The notes under the pieces are model-generated. The model was given only the letters and a program-made list of their open reading frames with translations, made no database searches and was not told the origin of the DNA. Source: Antedon mediterranea (lineage: Eukaryota > Animalia > Echinodermata). Taken from it: 64,000 nt of DNA. Of the stretch, positions 63,901 through 64,000 are shown piece after piece. The stretch's first letter is position 1; the number at the start of each line of letters is the position of its first letter. The DNA is taken from contig NC_092673.1 in assembly GCF_964355755.1 (NCBI RefSeq), positions 29,509,648 through 29,573,647 on the forward strand. Reading direction: 5' to 3'. Made by a program: the position numbers and the translations under genes.

Positions 63901-64000
63901 CCTGCGAAATCACCCAAGAAAAGAAGCACTCCAAAAGCCTCTACTCCTGTGAAGTCACCCAAGAAAAGTAGCACTCCAAAAGCCTCTACTCCTGCGAAGT
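57910..64000 (+). CDS. MKI67: Proliferation marker Ki-67-like protein (FHA domain, PP1-binding motif, basic S/T-P repeats); continues beyond the window
   Basis: Exons 57910-58001, 58395-58476, 60142-60257, 61721-62442, 62829-62896, 63029-63149, 63395 to beyond 64000. FHA reads MPLHGKIVVIKRNGADGAHFPL...CLFGR..ECDIRIQL..VS.EHC...NLSATNPTLLNG...DRSFRFEY; KRKRVSFGPNLSPEHFDKKLPPSTPLRRG matches the Ki-67/RepoMan PP1-binding domain. Confidence 0.88.
58632..59956. mobile_element. Tc1/mariner-type non-autonomous element (about 1.3 kb)
   Basis: TA|cagtcaactctcccaataccggac ... gtccggtattgggagagttgactg|TA; sub-terminal tccggtttt repeats. Confidence 0.88.
60461..61666. mobile_element. PIF/Harbinger-like non-autonomous element (about 1.2 kb)
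   Basis: TTA|ggccaaataaaaaaacatacttgttaagcgtcac ... gtgacgcttaacaagtatttttttttatttggcc|TTA. Confidence 0.85.
62591..62769. mobile_element. Short MITE related to 58632-59956
   Basis: cagtaaactctcccaataccggac ... gtctggtactgggagagtttacta. Confidence 0.75.
63805..64000 (+). repeat. Coding 45-bp tandem repeat (STP(V/A)KSPKK(S/R)STPKA)
   Basis: Period 45 nt (63811, 63856, 63901, 63946); continues to the window end. Confidence 0.92.

Noticed and set aside
61784-63974. Minus-strand hydrophobic G/V/F-rich ORFs (61784-62536, 63648-63974)
   Set aside because: Antisense shadows of the K/T/P-rich MKI67-like exons.

Overview
AT-rich eukaryotic genomic DNA with short GT-AG introns, probably from an invertebrate deuterostome such as an echinoderm (inferred from HYR/EGF content and SINE types). 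Three plus-strand intron-rich genes are present. (1) From before position 1 to 42777: a giant type-I membrane mucin-like protein, 5'-truncated by the window, with HYR x8, a Thr-rich region, SEA, LDLa x2, CCP x2, EGF x2, NIDO-AMOP-VWD, about 20 EGF, SEA-like, S/T repeat, SEA, TM and a Tyr-rich tail. (2) 44665-56406: FIGNL1. (3) 57910 to beyond 64000: a Ki-67 (MKI67)-like gene. The most striking feature is the apparently non-coding satellite at 6.5-11.1 kb. It is a tandem array of 26 repeat units, each a 57/60-nt phase-1 micro-exon plus an intron, preceded by one divergent copy. It could encode a hidden mucin stalk of about 470 aa, and some copies have dead splice sites. Smaller micro-exon duplications (6-33 nt) occur at 13.4-13.9 kb and 39.8-40.6 kb. 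Introns carry MITEs, Helentron-like elements, SINEs, a LINE 3' end and Penelope-like fragments with hammerhead motifs. All exon coordinates were read by eye and need RNA-seq confirmation.
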